Below are positions 12,841-25,200 of a stretch of 40,152 bases of DNA, piece after piece. The notes beneath the pieces are model-generated. The model saw only the letters and a list, made by a program, of their open reading frames with translations. It did no database searches and had not been told where the DNA came from. Made by a program: the position numbers and the translations under genes. Every line of letters begins with the position of its first letter. Within the stretch, counting starts at the first letter, position 1. The stretch is from the NCBI RefSeq assembly GCF_001194135.2, contig NC_068981.1, forward strand, positions 156,931,651 through 156,971,802. The letters run 5' to 3'. The stretch comes from Octopus bimaculoides. Lineage: Eukaryota.

Positions 12841-14474
12841 AAAATTTAAATATTTGATGCAAGTATTGGAATAATAATAGATGGCTTTACAAAAAGTATT
12901 CAGTTTTAATATCCTCATTCTAAACCTTGAAACCTATCATTTGACCACTTAGCAAACAAATTAATGTCCAGAAATGGCTTTATGGTGATAATATAGTGGG
13001 TAAAGTGAGATAGTTAGATAAAATTTCAGTGCAGACCAGGAAATAAAAGAGAATCTGAATTCTAGAGGTTTGCAAACATACACTCAATTCAATGAATGCA
13101 GAGGGAAAATATTCTTTCACTCATTTTTTGCTTTAGATGATACAAAGTTCTACAGAGTAATTATAAGGAAAATTATTCTTCAGAATTAAATTATATACAA
13201 CTATGATAGTATTATGATGTATGTTTAATTGGAGGGTGCCAGTTTATGAGGCTTCTGATTTAGACCTTGCCTAATAGTACAATGTATTATCAACAAAATA
13301 ATTCAAACAATATAACCTTTTAAATTAAAGATTCAGGATTTTAACCAATGTCTTTTGAGAAAAATTTAAATATTTGATGCGAGTATTGGAATAATGATAG
13401 ATGATTTTACAACAAGTATTCAGCTTTAACATCCTCATTCTAAACCTTGAAACCTATCATTTGACCACTTAGCAAACAAATTTATGTCCACAAGTGGCTT
13501 TATGGTGATAATACAGTGGGTAAAGGATCTAAGTGTTGCAGAAGGTAATGTGCAATATTCAGCTTGGAGTGAGGAAAAGATTGAGTGTATTAGGATGACA
13601 GATGAAAGATCAATACAAACAGAAGAAAAAAAGATCGCTTAAAACAGAAAAGGTTCCATAATATGTGTCAATTGCATATATGTTATTGAAGCCTCCACAA
13701 ATAATGATCAGAATAGAATTAAGTTTATCTAACTGTATCACTGAAGGAAAGAGGGCGATTAAATGCTAGGTGGTATTGCAAAGTTCAGAGTTAGATGATA
13801 TGACATAGTTTGAAACAAAATAATTGAAAGTTTTCAGATCTTATGTAAAGTTAAGACAGATGGAGACAGATTTGGTAGATTATGAATAAGTATTTACTCC
13901 AGTTTCACACAAAGAGAAAACACAGTGGCAACCTACATCCCAATGGTTAAAAAGCAGATGTATTGCAGCATCTATACAAGTGAAAAATACTGCCTACATC
14001 AGCTGGAAGTGATCACCTGCCATGACAAACAAGAGATATTCACTCACCAGCACAAGGCTTACACAAGTGGAATCAAACATCAACATGCAGCTGTTCACAC
14101 TGAACCTCAACTACTTCAACACTACCAGTTTGGGGAGGGCCCATAAAGGTCATAAACACTACCACTCCTCTTCTGATTGAATAATAAATAAAAATTTCAA
14201 TTTGCAATTTGTGTAGAAAATGAATGGGAAAGACAGATTTTGAGATTTGTATTTCTCTAAAGGAAAATATACTCTTTTACTTGTTTCAGTCATTTGACTG
14301 TGGCCATGCTGGAGCACCGCCTTTAGTCAAGCAAATCAACCGCAGGACTTATTCTTTGGAAGCCTAGTACTTATTCTATCGGTCTCTTTTGCTGAACCAC
14401 TAAGTTACGGGGACGTAAACACACCACCATTGGTTGTCAAGCGATGCTGGGTGGGGACAAATATACAAACATAC

Positions 14475-14505
<31 letters not shown>

Positions 14506-15132
14506 TACGACGGGCTTCTTTCAGTCTCTGTCTACCAAATCCACTCACAAGGCTTTGGTCGGCCCGAGGCTATAGTAGAAGACACTTGCCAAAGGTGCCA
14601 CGCAGTGGGACTGAACCCGGAACCATGTGGTTGGTAAGCAAGCTACTTACCACACAGCCACTCCTATGCCTATGTATATGTATTACCTTTGCTGGAATTG
14701 TTGAATATAATTGAAGGTGGTTTGGATACCTAGGACTATAGTAAAAGAGGAGTAAATTTTCAAGAAAAAAAAACTTGAATTTTCTTTTCTTGTTTACTTA
14801 TTAAAATTTCTGTCCAGACTAGAAAATAAGAGAGAATATGAATTTTAGAGATTTGCAAATATACACTCAATTCAATGAATGCAGAGGGAAAATATTCTTT
14901 CACTCATTTTTTGCTTTACATGATACAGAGTTCTACAGAGTAATTATAAGGAAAATTATTCTTCAGAATTAAATTATATACAACTATGATAGTATGGATC
15001 ATTAGAAGGTACAGATTTATGAGACTTCTGATTTAGACCTTGCCTAACAGTACAATGTATTATCAACAGAATAATTCAAACAATATAACCTTTTAAATTA
15101 AAGGTTCAGTATTTTAGCAAATGCTTTTTGAG
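12841..15132. repeat. Local intronic tandem duplication A-B-A'-(insert)-B'
   Basis: 12841-13005 matches 13361-13525 (11 mismatches in 165 nt by my count); 13018-13359 matches 14801-15132. Confidence 0.9.
14270..14672 (-). mobile_element. SINE family A, full-length copy in a TMX3 intron
   Basis: Reverse complement of the 33775 element with an internal (TA)n. Confidence 0.88.
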
Positions 15133-15229
15133 CTACCACTTATCAAACAAGTGTTCTATTGTAAGAAATTCTTTACCCCCAAATAAATGAAAGCAATAGT
15201 AGAAAATAAGAAAACCCAGCAATACTTAC

Positions 15230-15422
15230 AGTAACTTTTCCTTCAGAAACATCTATAAGGAACTGACTATACTCTGCAAGAGTAAGATCTTTGATCTCTT
15301 TCTCTGGCATATAGTAGTACTGTGACTCAGAATCATAAACAAGTAATGTTGGCATTTCAATAGTAGACATGGTAATACTATTCAATGGTTCAGAGTCATT
15401 CAAATGAGCAAACTGAAACTGG
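15230..15422 (-). CDS. TMX3: TMX3-like internal exon (193 nt), QFQFAHLNDSEPLNSITMSTIEMPTLLVYDSESQYYYMPEKEIKDLTLAEYSQFLIDVSEGKVT
   Basis: ttttatcag acceptor, ACT|gtaagt donor; translation parallels the TMX3 b' region (FQFGHMDG..VPTVVVLN..QQYFL..QFINNILDGTV). Confidence 0.93.
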
Positions 15423-15497
15423 CTGATAAAAGAAAAAGAGAAAATATACATTGAATTTATCGGATTTAACTTTGTGTGTGTTTATATATACAATATA

Positions 15498-15534
<37 letters not shown>

Positions 15535-15694
15535 CAAAGAATTCTTTACATCAAAATATAAGTTCAAAATGATAAGGCTGGTATTTTAGATAATTTTAAA
15601 CAGTGAATCCTCTCAAAAATCTAGGGCTGCATAGTATGTATGGCTATAAGCACAGATGTCAAGTTTCTGTTAGAGTAAGGATGTATATACACAG

Positions 15695-15900
15695 AGAGTG
15701 GAGGCAAATGGCTTAGTAGTTAGGGTGTTTCACTCCTGATTGTAAGATTGTGGTTTCAATTCCTGAACTGGGTGTGGTTTTAAGCAAAACACTTCATTCC
15801 ACATGACTCCAGTCCACTCTGCTGATAAAAATGAGTAATCATGTGACAGACTGGTGTCTGGTCCAGAGGAGAATATATATGCAGCAGAATCCTGAAATCT
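15695..15900 (+). mobile_element. Different decayed tRNA-headed SINE
   Basis: A-box-like TGGCTTAGTAG and B-box-like GTTTCAATTCC, followed by AAGCAAAACACTTCATT..CCAGTCCACTC. Confidence 0.6.
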
Positions 15901-16069
15901 GATTTGAGAAGGATCTTTGATCCCTTCTGATATACACAGACAGTGCTCTTTAAAACTATATTCCTACATATATTGACAGCATACTAATATTATAGTATAT
16001 ACAAAATTCTAAAAATTACATACTCTATAATTGTAAATTAGATAAAAATATATAAACAATGAGGCTTAA

Positions 16070-16168
16070 AAATCTGTGTAGTAAGAAGTCTGCTTCTCAA
16101 CTACATGGTTCCAAGTTCAGTCCCACTACATGACACCTTGGGCTGACCAAAACCTCATGAGTGGATTT
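16070..16168 (+). mobile_element. SINE family A 5' fragment, interrupted by a LINE-tail foldback
   Basis: GTAGTAAGAAG..CATGGTTCCAAGTTCAGTCCCACT..CACCTTGGGC..GAGTGGATTT. Confidence 0.7.
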
Positions 16169-16268
16169 CATCATCATCATTTAACGTCCGCTTTCCATGC
16201 TAGCATGGGTTGGACGATTTGACTGAGGACTGGTGAACCAGATGTTAAACGACGATGATGATGATGAT
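16169..16268. mobile_element. Family B tail with an inverted second tail end (foldback)
   Basis: Starts CATCATCATCATTTAACGTC and ends GATGTTAAACGACGATGATGATGATGAT, its reverse complement. Confidence 0.75.
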
Positions 16269-16650
16269 ATTGTATATATGTAAATATAGATTACATTGTG
16301 GCCATCACTTAAAATCAAGGATGACTTGGTAGCTTGTACTATACTTTTGCTGATTTTTTCAGTTGTCAATGAGGTCATGAGCAGACAGAGACTCCCTCTT
16401 AGCCCTCCGACCATTAGCCTTCCTACCCATAATTAAATGGGACATCCAAGATGTAAACAGCTGGAGCTGAGAGAGTTGCAACAAAATATTACTGCTACTC
16501 ATTTCTGCTGAGTAGACTGGAGCAATGTGAAATGAAGGACTTTGTTTGACCTTATGATTATCAGCCCAACACCCTGACCAGTAGGCCATGTGTCTTCACA
16601 TACACACACACATATATTAGTCATTTAACAAGTTAAATAAAATGGCTTAC

Positions 16651-16704
16651 TTGTGAAACTTCTTCTTTTGATTCAACGCTAATTCAATAGACATTTTTTC
16701 ATAC
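16651..16704 (-). CDS. TMX3: TMX3-like thioredoxin-related transmembrane protein, internal exon (54 nt), (R)YEKMSIELALNQKKKFH(N)
   Basis: tttcag acceptor and gtaagc donor; splices in frame into the next exon (AA+C = Asn) giving KFHNQFQFAHL, which resembles FHRDFQFGHM of vertebrate TMX3 (recalled). Confidence 0.85.
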
Positions 16705-17194
16705 CTGAAACAAAAAGGAATATATTCATAAGTTGAATTGCTTACATTCCACTAAATTGGTTGCACAATTTGGTTTAACGGGGACCTATGTTAAATAGGT
16801 GTGAAAGTTTTATCCTATTTTTTTACTCCATTTAGTCATGGCAAGAAGGCCAGGACATCATAAATGTCACTACAAAACTACATCTCAATGAACCATGGCT
16901 TCAGTTTGAGTCCCAGTCATGCATTTACATTTTAGGAAAGATATGAGCAATACTAATTCCCAACAATAAGGCTACATGGTGTTGAAAGGACATTTAATGT
17001 GAAATTGATGGGAACTGGAGATGCTCATCATCATTGTGATGACAGTGATAAGAGCAATGGTGATTGTGATGACAATGGTGGTGGTAGTGGAGATAATTAT
17101 GAGAGTGGGATGTCAGAAACATGATAGAACAGTAGAGTAGATTTTGGAGCTATCTAGTTATAGCTTATAGTTTATTTGTTATATCTCAGGAGTT

Positions 17195-17350
17195 CATCAT
17201 CATCATCATCGTCGTTTAACGTCTGCTTTCCATGCTAGCATGGGTTGGACAATTTGACTGAGGACTGGTGAAACCAGATGGCTACACCAGGCTCCAATCT
17301 GATTTGGCAGAGTTTCTACAGCTGGATGCCCTTCCTAATGCCAACCACTC
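17195..17350 (-). mobile_element. LINE/SINE 3' tail family B with (GAT)n end, copy 1
   Basis: Palindrome CCATGCTAGCATGG next to the (GAT)n tail; GGATGCCCTTCCTAA block. Confidence 0.8.
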
Positions 17351-17634
17351 AATAAGATCTAGGTTTTACTTCAGTGACTACAGAGCTTCAGAACAAATTT
17401 CTGAGCTTACATCAAAGAAAGAACACACTATTAGTGTTTTCCTTATTATTACTGAGAGGCAAGTTATCTGATCGATGAACATGTGCTCCTACTTTAATTT
17501 TGAGATTTTGACCAAAAGATATGCATTAAAACCAAGACTACATATGATATCATGTAGAGCATTTATCAATTCATAAGCTCTAAATTGTCATCCATAATTA
17601 TTGTACCTTACCTATTGAGAAACTCCACTCATTA

Positions 17635-17792
17635 ATCATCATCATCATCATCATCGTTTAACATCCGCCTTCCATGCTAGCATGGGTTGGACGATTTGAC
17701 TGAGGACTGGTGAAACCGGATGGCAACACCAGGCTCCAATCTAATTTGGCAGAGTTTCTACACCTGGATGCCCTTCCTAACGCCAACCACTC
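17635..17792 (-). mobile_element. LINE/SINE 3' tail family B, copy 2
   Basis: Near-identical to 17195-17350. Confidence 0.8.
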
Positions 17793-17859
17793 AGAGAATG
17801 GATCCTAAATGAATCTTAGATTTGTTTTTGTAATTATTATAGTTCAACCATTGGACAGT

Positions 17860-18050
17860 CCTGGTTAAGTAAATTTACGACCAAAGACACTCCAGCTGTG
17901 ACCATCATATTTTTATCCAAACACAATAAATCTAACTCTATGTATTATCTAAAGTGTCTGTCATTTTTTAAGACTGTAGTGTATGATTTGAGGGAGACTT
18001 AATTGTTATTTCTAACAGGTTGAGAGACGACACTGAGACTCCCTCATGAG
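17860..18050 (+). repeat. Interspersed repeat family C (core G/CTATTTCTAGCAGGT); related copies near 20845-20880 (-), 21470-21650, 25780-25920, 26790-26900 (-) and 34265-34300
   Basis: Recurrent GACCAAAG..CCAGCTGTGACCATC..GTGTGATTTGAGGGAGA..TATTTCTAGCAGG blocks seen by eye. Confidence 0.55.
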
Positions 18051-18095
18051 CTCATCAGATTTTAAGACTGCAATCGGGCTTCTCCAGTTGTTGAA

Positions 18096-18098
<3 letters not shown>

Positions 18099-18146
<48 letters not shown>
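18099..18146 (+). repeat. (TC)n microsatellite
   Basis: Read directly. Confidence 0.95.
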
Positions 18147-18151
<5 letters not shown>

Positions 18152-20013
18152 TTGGTTTACATCCTACAAATCCCTTCATGAAATTTGCAGGGAAATGTCT
18201 ACCTCATCCCAATCTCTAAACATTTCTTTGCACACTTTACCTTACTGAGGATTTTTTTATTTGTTAAAAGTCACTCTTGGTTTAAATTCTTATAAGGCAC
18301 TTCCTCCCACTCTTCTTTTCCAGATCATTTCCTCTTAAACTTCCCCAGTCTCTTAGCAAACTTCTGTCTTTTTACCAAGGTTCCCAGCCTTTTACATGTT
18401 TTTTTACCCATTGACAATTTTTTGAGAGTAAATGTATGTAAATTTATCTCTATTCTGTTTTGTTATATAATTTAAGTTTACACTCCTACAACACAATAAA
18501 GAGAAAAAATTAAATATTGTTGCTAAACATTATTAAAGTTCAACTAACAAAAATAATAAAATACACACAATATTATTTCACTTTTTTATGAACTGAAGTT
18601 AAACCGATACCAGAATCAAACACAGACTTGTGAATTAGTAATACTGTAATTAAGAATTATACAATAGAGATTATTAAACCTAAAATAGAAAGAATTTTTT
18701 TTTTTTCAAAATAGGCTAACTGCAAATTTTCTTCTCAATTTCAGATTTTAAATATTTAATTGAAACTAAAATATAAATCCAGAATCAGCAAATTTATTCC
18801 CTGGGTAAACGAAATATAGCTCCTGGGGATAAATCTATTCATTTACATACATCTCTTTCTTCATTCTTTTTTCAATGGGGCGTGGACAACTCTTTTGATA
18901 CCAACCCACCTGACACCACTCTTGGTTCTACAATATAAACATCCTATTTTACAGTGGTCTACATTAAAACTTAACCTCAAAATTTCAGGCTAATTTATGT
19001 TCCAAACACCAGCTTAATACTGACAAAATTATTCTATTCAAAATTTGATACCAATATTTTTAAATGTAAAAAAATTGTCAAAGTAGATTTCCTTAGGAAA
19101 AAATTTAGTGTTAATAATGACATTGTTTAACTATGTTTGCATTCTACCTACTCTTCATAGTTTCACAATACTTACATATAAAAACATTACAATAGTGATT
19201 TGGTAGGATATGTTTGATACCCCTGATCATTCCAGTTAATGAACTGAGTTTCATATAATTGTTCCATGATACAAAGTGTAAAAATGAATATCAACTAAGA
19301 CAGGTATGTCATTTAATGACCTACTAAACTTTCAATTAACAACATGCAAACTACTTTTGATCAACAGTTAGAACTGATTCATTTATGTCCTTAATTTCTG
19401 AGGGAAAAAAGTTGTGAATATCACAACTTCTCATTGCATCTTCTCCAGGAATCTGACCTGACCATTCAAGAGATTTTAAAATCTTCTGCAATTCAGATAT
19501 TCTAGAAATGTCAGAAACATCACAATCTGGAACAATCTGTGACAATAATTATTTTGATATGGTAATATGACCAGTAGATACAATAAACTATCAATAGCAT
19601 CACATGGTCCTACATTTATACAGCTTGTCTCTATAAATGATGCTATCTGAATAAGCCACAATTTTTTATTAAAACAACTAGAATTGTTTCTAGAATTGAA
19701 AAATACTTCTCTATTATTTTATACATTCAAAAAGACCTAAAATTTTCTGTAATAGTTATAGAAAACTCTGAGGACTTGCATCCCATTTTTTCCCTTCTTT
19801 CTTTCTAAACTGATTGTCTATTTTGTCTGGGAATATTCCTTATCTTAAATTGGTATTAGTCTAGAATTATTTTCCCTTTCTCTGTTTGTGGGATAGTGTG
19901 AAATAACAAAGCCACCTTTTCTTATTTCTAAGTAGGTTGATAAACAGTTTCTCACATTTGCTTAAAATAAAAAAAACCTTTCCAACTTTTTTTAACCATT
20001 TATTTTTATCTTT

Positions 20014-20056
20014 CTTTCTCTCTCTCTCTCTCTCTCTCTGTGTCCCATATGTATGT

Positions 20057-20120
<64 letters not shown>
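20014..20120. repeat. (TC)n ... (TA)n-(GA)n compound microsatellite
   Basis: Read directly. Confidence 0.95.
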
Positions 20121-21000
20121 TGGTGTGTGTCTGTACACATACATACATTTACTACATTACAGAAAACACACATATAAGTTAGTACAAATATTTCGCCATA
20201 TTACATACTTAAAAATAAACAAAACCATCCTCTCTAGATGTCATTTCTTTTGTTCTCCCTAACACACTATATCTGTTGTTCAGATTTTTCTTTTCGCTCC
20301 TTTTTCATTATCAACTTATCAACATCAGAATGACTCAGTTATCAAAATTTACCCCAGGTTCTACATACTGAGGTTATCACTCACATTTGTTTTATTTATT
20401 CATTCTGTTTTTTTGTTTTTTTGTTTTTTTTTTGCTATCCAACAGGAAAACAAAATTCTGTTCATAGAATGGAAAGATGCTTCCTGCTATGAAAGGGTTT
20501 ACAGAGTAGGTGTTTGTTTCATCTGAGATTTGGAAACATGTAAGATTTGATAGAAATTCACTAGAGAGAAATTTTAGATAAGGCAGTTCTGAACATAAGC
20601 ATTTATTGTTTGGTGTTATGTTGAGAGAGAAGGGGGAGGAGTAAAGAGAGAGAAAGAGAGTAGAGTGTGGGAGTTAGAAATTGATTTTAATAGTACTAAG
20701 GTACTAGATGGCTTGTACAGAGTATAGGATTTTATTGTAATGGCTCAGGTAATAAAGATGCAATATGACACTTAGGCACAAAGAGAGAGTTGGCCAATAA
20801 AATAGATTTTTTTTTTTCATATTTGGGTTTACAGAAAGCCGTTTACCTCCATGAACTCATTCTGCTAGAAATAGCCAAATCATATGCTGCTATTTCATTT
20901 TTTAATGTTTTTTCGAATGTGAAAAAAGAATACATTATGCCTGAGAAGTAACTATAGCCATCCTTTGAAATGCACAAATCATGAAGCTAGATGATGATAT

Positions 21001-21417
21001 ATAGGCACATGAGTGGCTGTGTGGTAAGAAGCTTGCTTCCCTACCACATGGTTCCAAGTTCAGTCCCACTGCATGACACCTTGGACAAGTGTCTTCTACT
21101 ATAGCCTCAGGCTAACCAAAGCCTTGTAAGTGGATTTGGTAAACAGAAACTGAAAGAAGCCTGTTGTATATACATGTATGTATCAATGTGTCTGTGTCTT
21201 TGTGTCTGTATTTGCACCCCCCACCACCACCACTTGAAAACCAGTGTTGGTGTGTTTACATCCCTGTAACTTAACAGTTCAGCAAAAGACTGATAAAATA
21301 AGTACCAGGCTTCAAAAGAAAAAAAGTCTTGGGGTCAATTTGTTCAGCTAATACCCTTCAAGGTGGTGCCCAAGCATGGCCACAGTCAAATGACTGAAAC
21401 AGATAAAGGTAAAAGAT
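21001..21417 (+). mobile_element. SINE family A, full-length copy
   Basis: Same head, core and tail blocks as 33775-34150. Confidence 0.85.
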
Positions 21418-22165
21418 ATGAGATGAATGTGATGTGTTTGTTTAACCCCAGATCAGTTATGATCAATAGACTTTCAATCACGCCCATTCCACCCCTAACT
21501 ATCACACCTTTTATCTAGATACAGTGCAATCTCTGATACTACTACATTCTCTACATACATTCTCCAGACTATCTTTTAAGAAATTAGTATGTGACTTAAG
21601 TTAAATCTGATTACTATTTCCAGCAACTTGAGTAACTGCAAAGAAACCACCTTGCTGGATTAAGTGAAGAAAGGCTGAAGTTGAAAGGCAAATAAATGAG
21701 AAACTGGACTTCGCTAGGTCGATACAAGGGTATTTCACTGGACTGCAGTTGTGGGGAAGAAGGACTGAGAAAAAGTGTTTAATGTAAAGTTGAAAGGAAG
21801 TGACACAAAATAGAGATAATGAGAATCACACAGCCAAGCTTGCATCACAGAGATTATGATATCTTTCCAAAAGCCAGATAATACACAGCTGATGTGCCTA
21901 TACAAAATCAAAGTAAATTTTGCAACACATTTCTACTCATACACCTGGTATTGAGTTCCCATTACATATGCAAAGTTATTCACACAATAAACAAACCTTC
22001 ACTCACAAACATTTTAAGTCACTTAGTCATTGCTATAGTTACTACAAAGGTCTTTGCAAAGAATTTTCTATTTGTATAATGCCCCTACTAACCCACTCAT
22101 CTCATCGAACACCCCTTCTCTCTTCACATTTACTGTGCTTCACCTTTATGAACCTACATTAAGGC

Positions 22166-22169
<4 letters not shown>

Positions 22170-22223
<54 letters not shown>
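22170..22223. repeat. (TA)n microsatellite; similar runs at ~1382-1411, 5646-5678, 5911-5940, 15500-15531 and 32108-32152
   Basis: Read directly. Confidence 0.93.
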
Positions 22224-22226
<3 letters not shown>

Positions 22227-25200
22227 CTAATCTTTTCTCCCAAGAACTGCCTCTCTTTGGAGGATCCTCACTGCTTATATTTTCTCACAACCACTGACCT
22301 TCAGAAAGTTCAAACCAAGCTAAACTGCATTAAACTCCCCTACCTGTAGCACCCCAACCCTTGTCCCAGCAAAGGAGAACATTGAAAGATCATGAGTGTA
22401 CCCTTTCAAATCAGACTGTTATAAAAGTAGAAAGAAAATTTGGAGTAATCTAAACTCCATATCATAAAATATCGAAGTCATTGCTTTAGAGTTTGCAACA
22501 ATACCACCTCATACAATAAATGATTACATGACTTTGTAAACAACATCAGAGTTCCACAAGCTACTTAGAATTTCACAAGAGAAAATGTGATTTTGAAAGA
22601 CTTAAACAAGAACTGAAACTTTAATCTTCAGATTGCATGTGCTCTCTCTCTCTCTCTTTAACTTGGGGTTTTATCTCGAAATTTCTTTTACAAAACTAAG
22701 TACTTTTCACATACAAAATAACTGATATACTGCACTAAACCTTACATAATTTTCAGTACACACAGACACAAACACAGAATAATACTAATAATACAGTCAG
22801 AAACACTAACACACAGATACATAAAAACAATAGTCACCACCAACGCTAACAATTTGCCAGAGACGTGATAAATAGATAACAGCTATTAATCATATCTAAT
22901 AATCAACATCAAAATACAACCAGCCCATCTTAACAGCGAGTTCATCTTTATATATCTGCATAGTTTCTGAATTATTTCTAACAGATTGATAACAGGAATA
23001 CCTTTCTGGCAGTAGTTATTCAATCAGAAATAAAGAATTACATTCTTTACAACAGTTTGAAAATGAAAATAATAATAACCGGCACTGCTATATGAATCTA
23101 TATACCTAAATGGTTGCTTAAATTGTAGATAGTTCGAAGTCTTAGTCCTCATAGCAATTAGATCATTGATGAAGATATGAACACACAAGCGAGGTGGGTC
23201 AGAGGAATTTGTAAATTAGTTATTTGCAAGTATTTTTGTATATTTTAAATATATTGTGTGTTATTATTTAAGGACTGATATAATTTTCCTGTTAAAAGAG
23301 GTAAAAAATTGCATCTGACAGAACACACTAGAAAGATTAAGACATGATAACTACGAGAACAAAGGAATGCAAGATTAAATATCTAGCCCCAAAATATAGA
23401 ATGAAATGTCCATAGAGTATTTAATTTTAATACCAGTGAGGTCACCATCATATTCACTCAACCAATTCACTTCTACATTTAATGCACTGATTACCTAAAA
23501 CTGCAGACATATTTATAAAAAAGGTCAATCAATGTATATAGTTAACTAAAACATATATCCTGATAAGCCAATGAGGGAGTCACTATGAATTTTTTTAAAC
23601 AGAAGAAAAGAAGTATTGGGAAATGTAGTTAGAAAATACAGAATAACCCCAGCTAAAAACCTTTAATATCATAGATCAACCTGGTCAGGGATGACCTGGT
23701 GTTAAACAACAACATACAACTTGATAGTTATGTGCCCAGGAACCCAGACATTTTAATAGATTTTCTTAGTTCCCAATCTTGTCACATCTGCCTTTAATTA
23801 TTCACCACTTGTGACTTTAACCATTTAAAATGAAAGCACTTTTTTTTTCTTTTCTTGTTTTGGAAATTTACTTTATTCTTCACTTCAAGGCTATTATCAT
23901 ATAGTTTGATACAGAACAACATTAAAAAGAAAAGAGAAAAGAATGATGTGATGAAACAGAATAAGAGAGAGAGAAGCTTATAAGTTATCCACCTTGATTC
24001 TCATGTTGCTGCTATATGAATGATAGATGGAGAACACTTCAGCCATTGAAGAACATTAAAACAAATGTGTAGAAAAGACTGACAGAATGTACAAGAGAAA
24101 AATAAGATATACATATTACACTATATTTCAGAAACTATGTACATATAGATGTTTGTTCACCTTTTTAATTACCCTTCAGAATTAAACAGATAATTTTTAA
24201 AGGGCAACATAAATGCATGCTTTAAGAAACAGGATGTTATATTCAGAAGTAGGACTAGATTCAAAATGTTGGAGGTGATAAGAGAAACATAAAGATCCTA
24301 AAGAAGAGACACCAAATCTGACTGCCATTCAAAGAACCCTTTGTATTGTCATGTCAACAGCTAGATACAGATATGTGAGGACATTACTGTTTCTAAGTTC
24401 CAAGTGCTTCTTTCATCAGAAAGATCATTAAGTGCAAGAGCCAACAAATAAGACTACCCACTACCATTACTAACTCACAGACTTCACTCCTCCGGAAGTT
24501 GAAACACACTAACCCTAATATATGAAAGCCTCTTTTAAACCAAACAGTAGAAATCTACATTAAACAATATTTTATCAACCCCAGTTTATTTTTCAGGCTT
24601 ATTTATATTCACCAAAAATGACTTATACAGTAGCATTAAGAACCCAATACTAATACTAATTTCCGAAAATTAAATTACCAAAATTACTAGTAAACTAATT
24701 TGTTTTAGTGGCCACAATATTCAAACCTTAGCAACAAAGTTTCAGTGATACCGTAGTTCCAAATTCATGCTGCATTATCAAAGAAAACATGCCAAAGTAT
24801 ACATGATGTGCGTTTTATTTACCGTAGTACAATGGCAGAGAAATTATTCCCATCTAAAGTAGGTTTAACTTGTCAACCTATTACCAATGTAATCTTACCC
24901 ACATCAAAATGTATGTCACTAGTGTCACTATTATATTATTTTTAACTCCTAGAACAATTGAGAGATATTGACCAAACTATTCTAGATTGAATGCAAATGG
25001 TGGAGGGGGGGGGGTCTCTTTCTCAACTGCCTCTCTCTCTCTCTCACACACACATTCATTCATTCATTAATTCTTTTCACCTTTAGTGAATGAACATTAT
25101 TGAAAATTATGTGTAAATATCAGGTTTTACTTTCTTTTCCCTCACAATACTCTAATCTTGACATAATTTAGGCTATTTATTTGCAGAATTGAAGCATAGG

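Noticed and set aside
22746-22822. Signal-peptide-like MYLCVSVSDCIISIILCLCLCVLKI ending at a gtaagg donor
   Set aside because: Hydrophobicity comes from TG-rich low-complexity sequence, and no downstream thioredoxin exons lie between it and 16704.
22835-22858. Minus-strand GKLLALVV resembling TMX3 GKLVALAV
   Set aside because: No AG acceptor in the needed position, an in-frame TAG shortly upstream, and the downstream sequence does not resemble TMX3; probably coincidence.
22915-23010. QIYKDELAVKNGLVVF, faintly like a Gypsy pol segment
   Set aside because: Too short, bounded by stops, and no other LTR-element motifs nearby.
23424-23484. Minus-strand exon-like VISALNVEVNWLSEYDGDLT, resembling TMX3 EYEDGDL
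   Set aside because: Weak donor (gtatta), no following W..RERF motif and no linking exon; treated as chance.
24476-24520. ETS-type CCGGAAGT next to a minus-strand gtgagt donor (possible promoter or first exon)
   Set aside because: A single 8-mer with no other promoter evidence and no gene body that could be linked.
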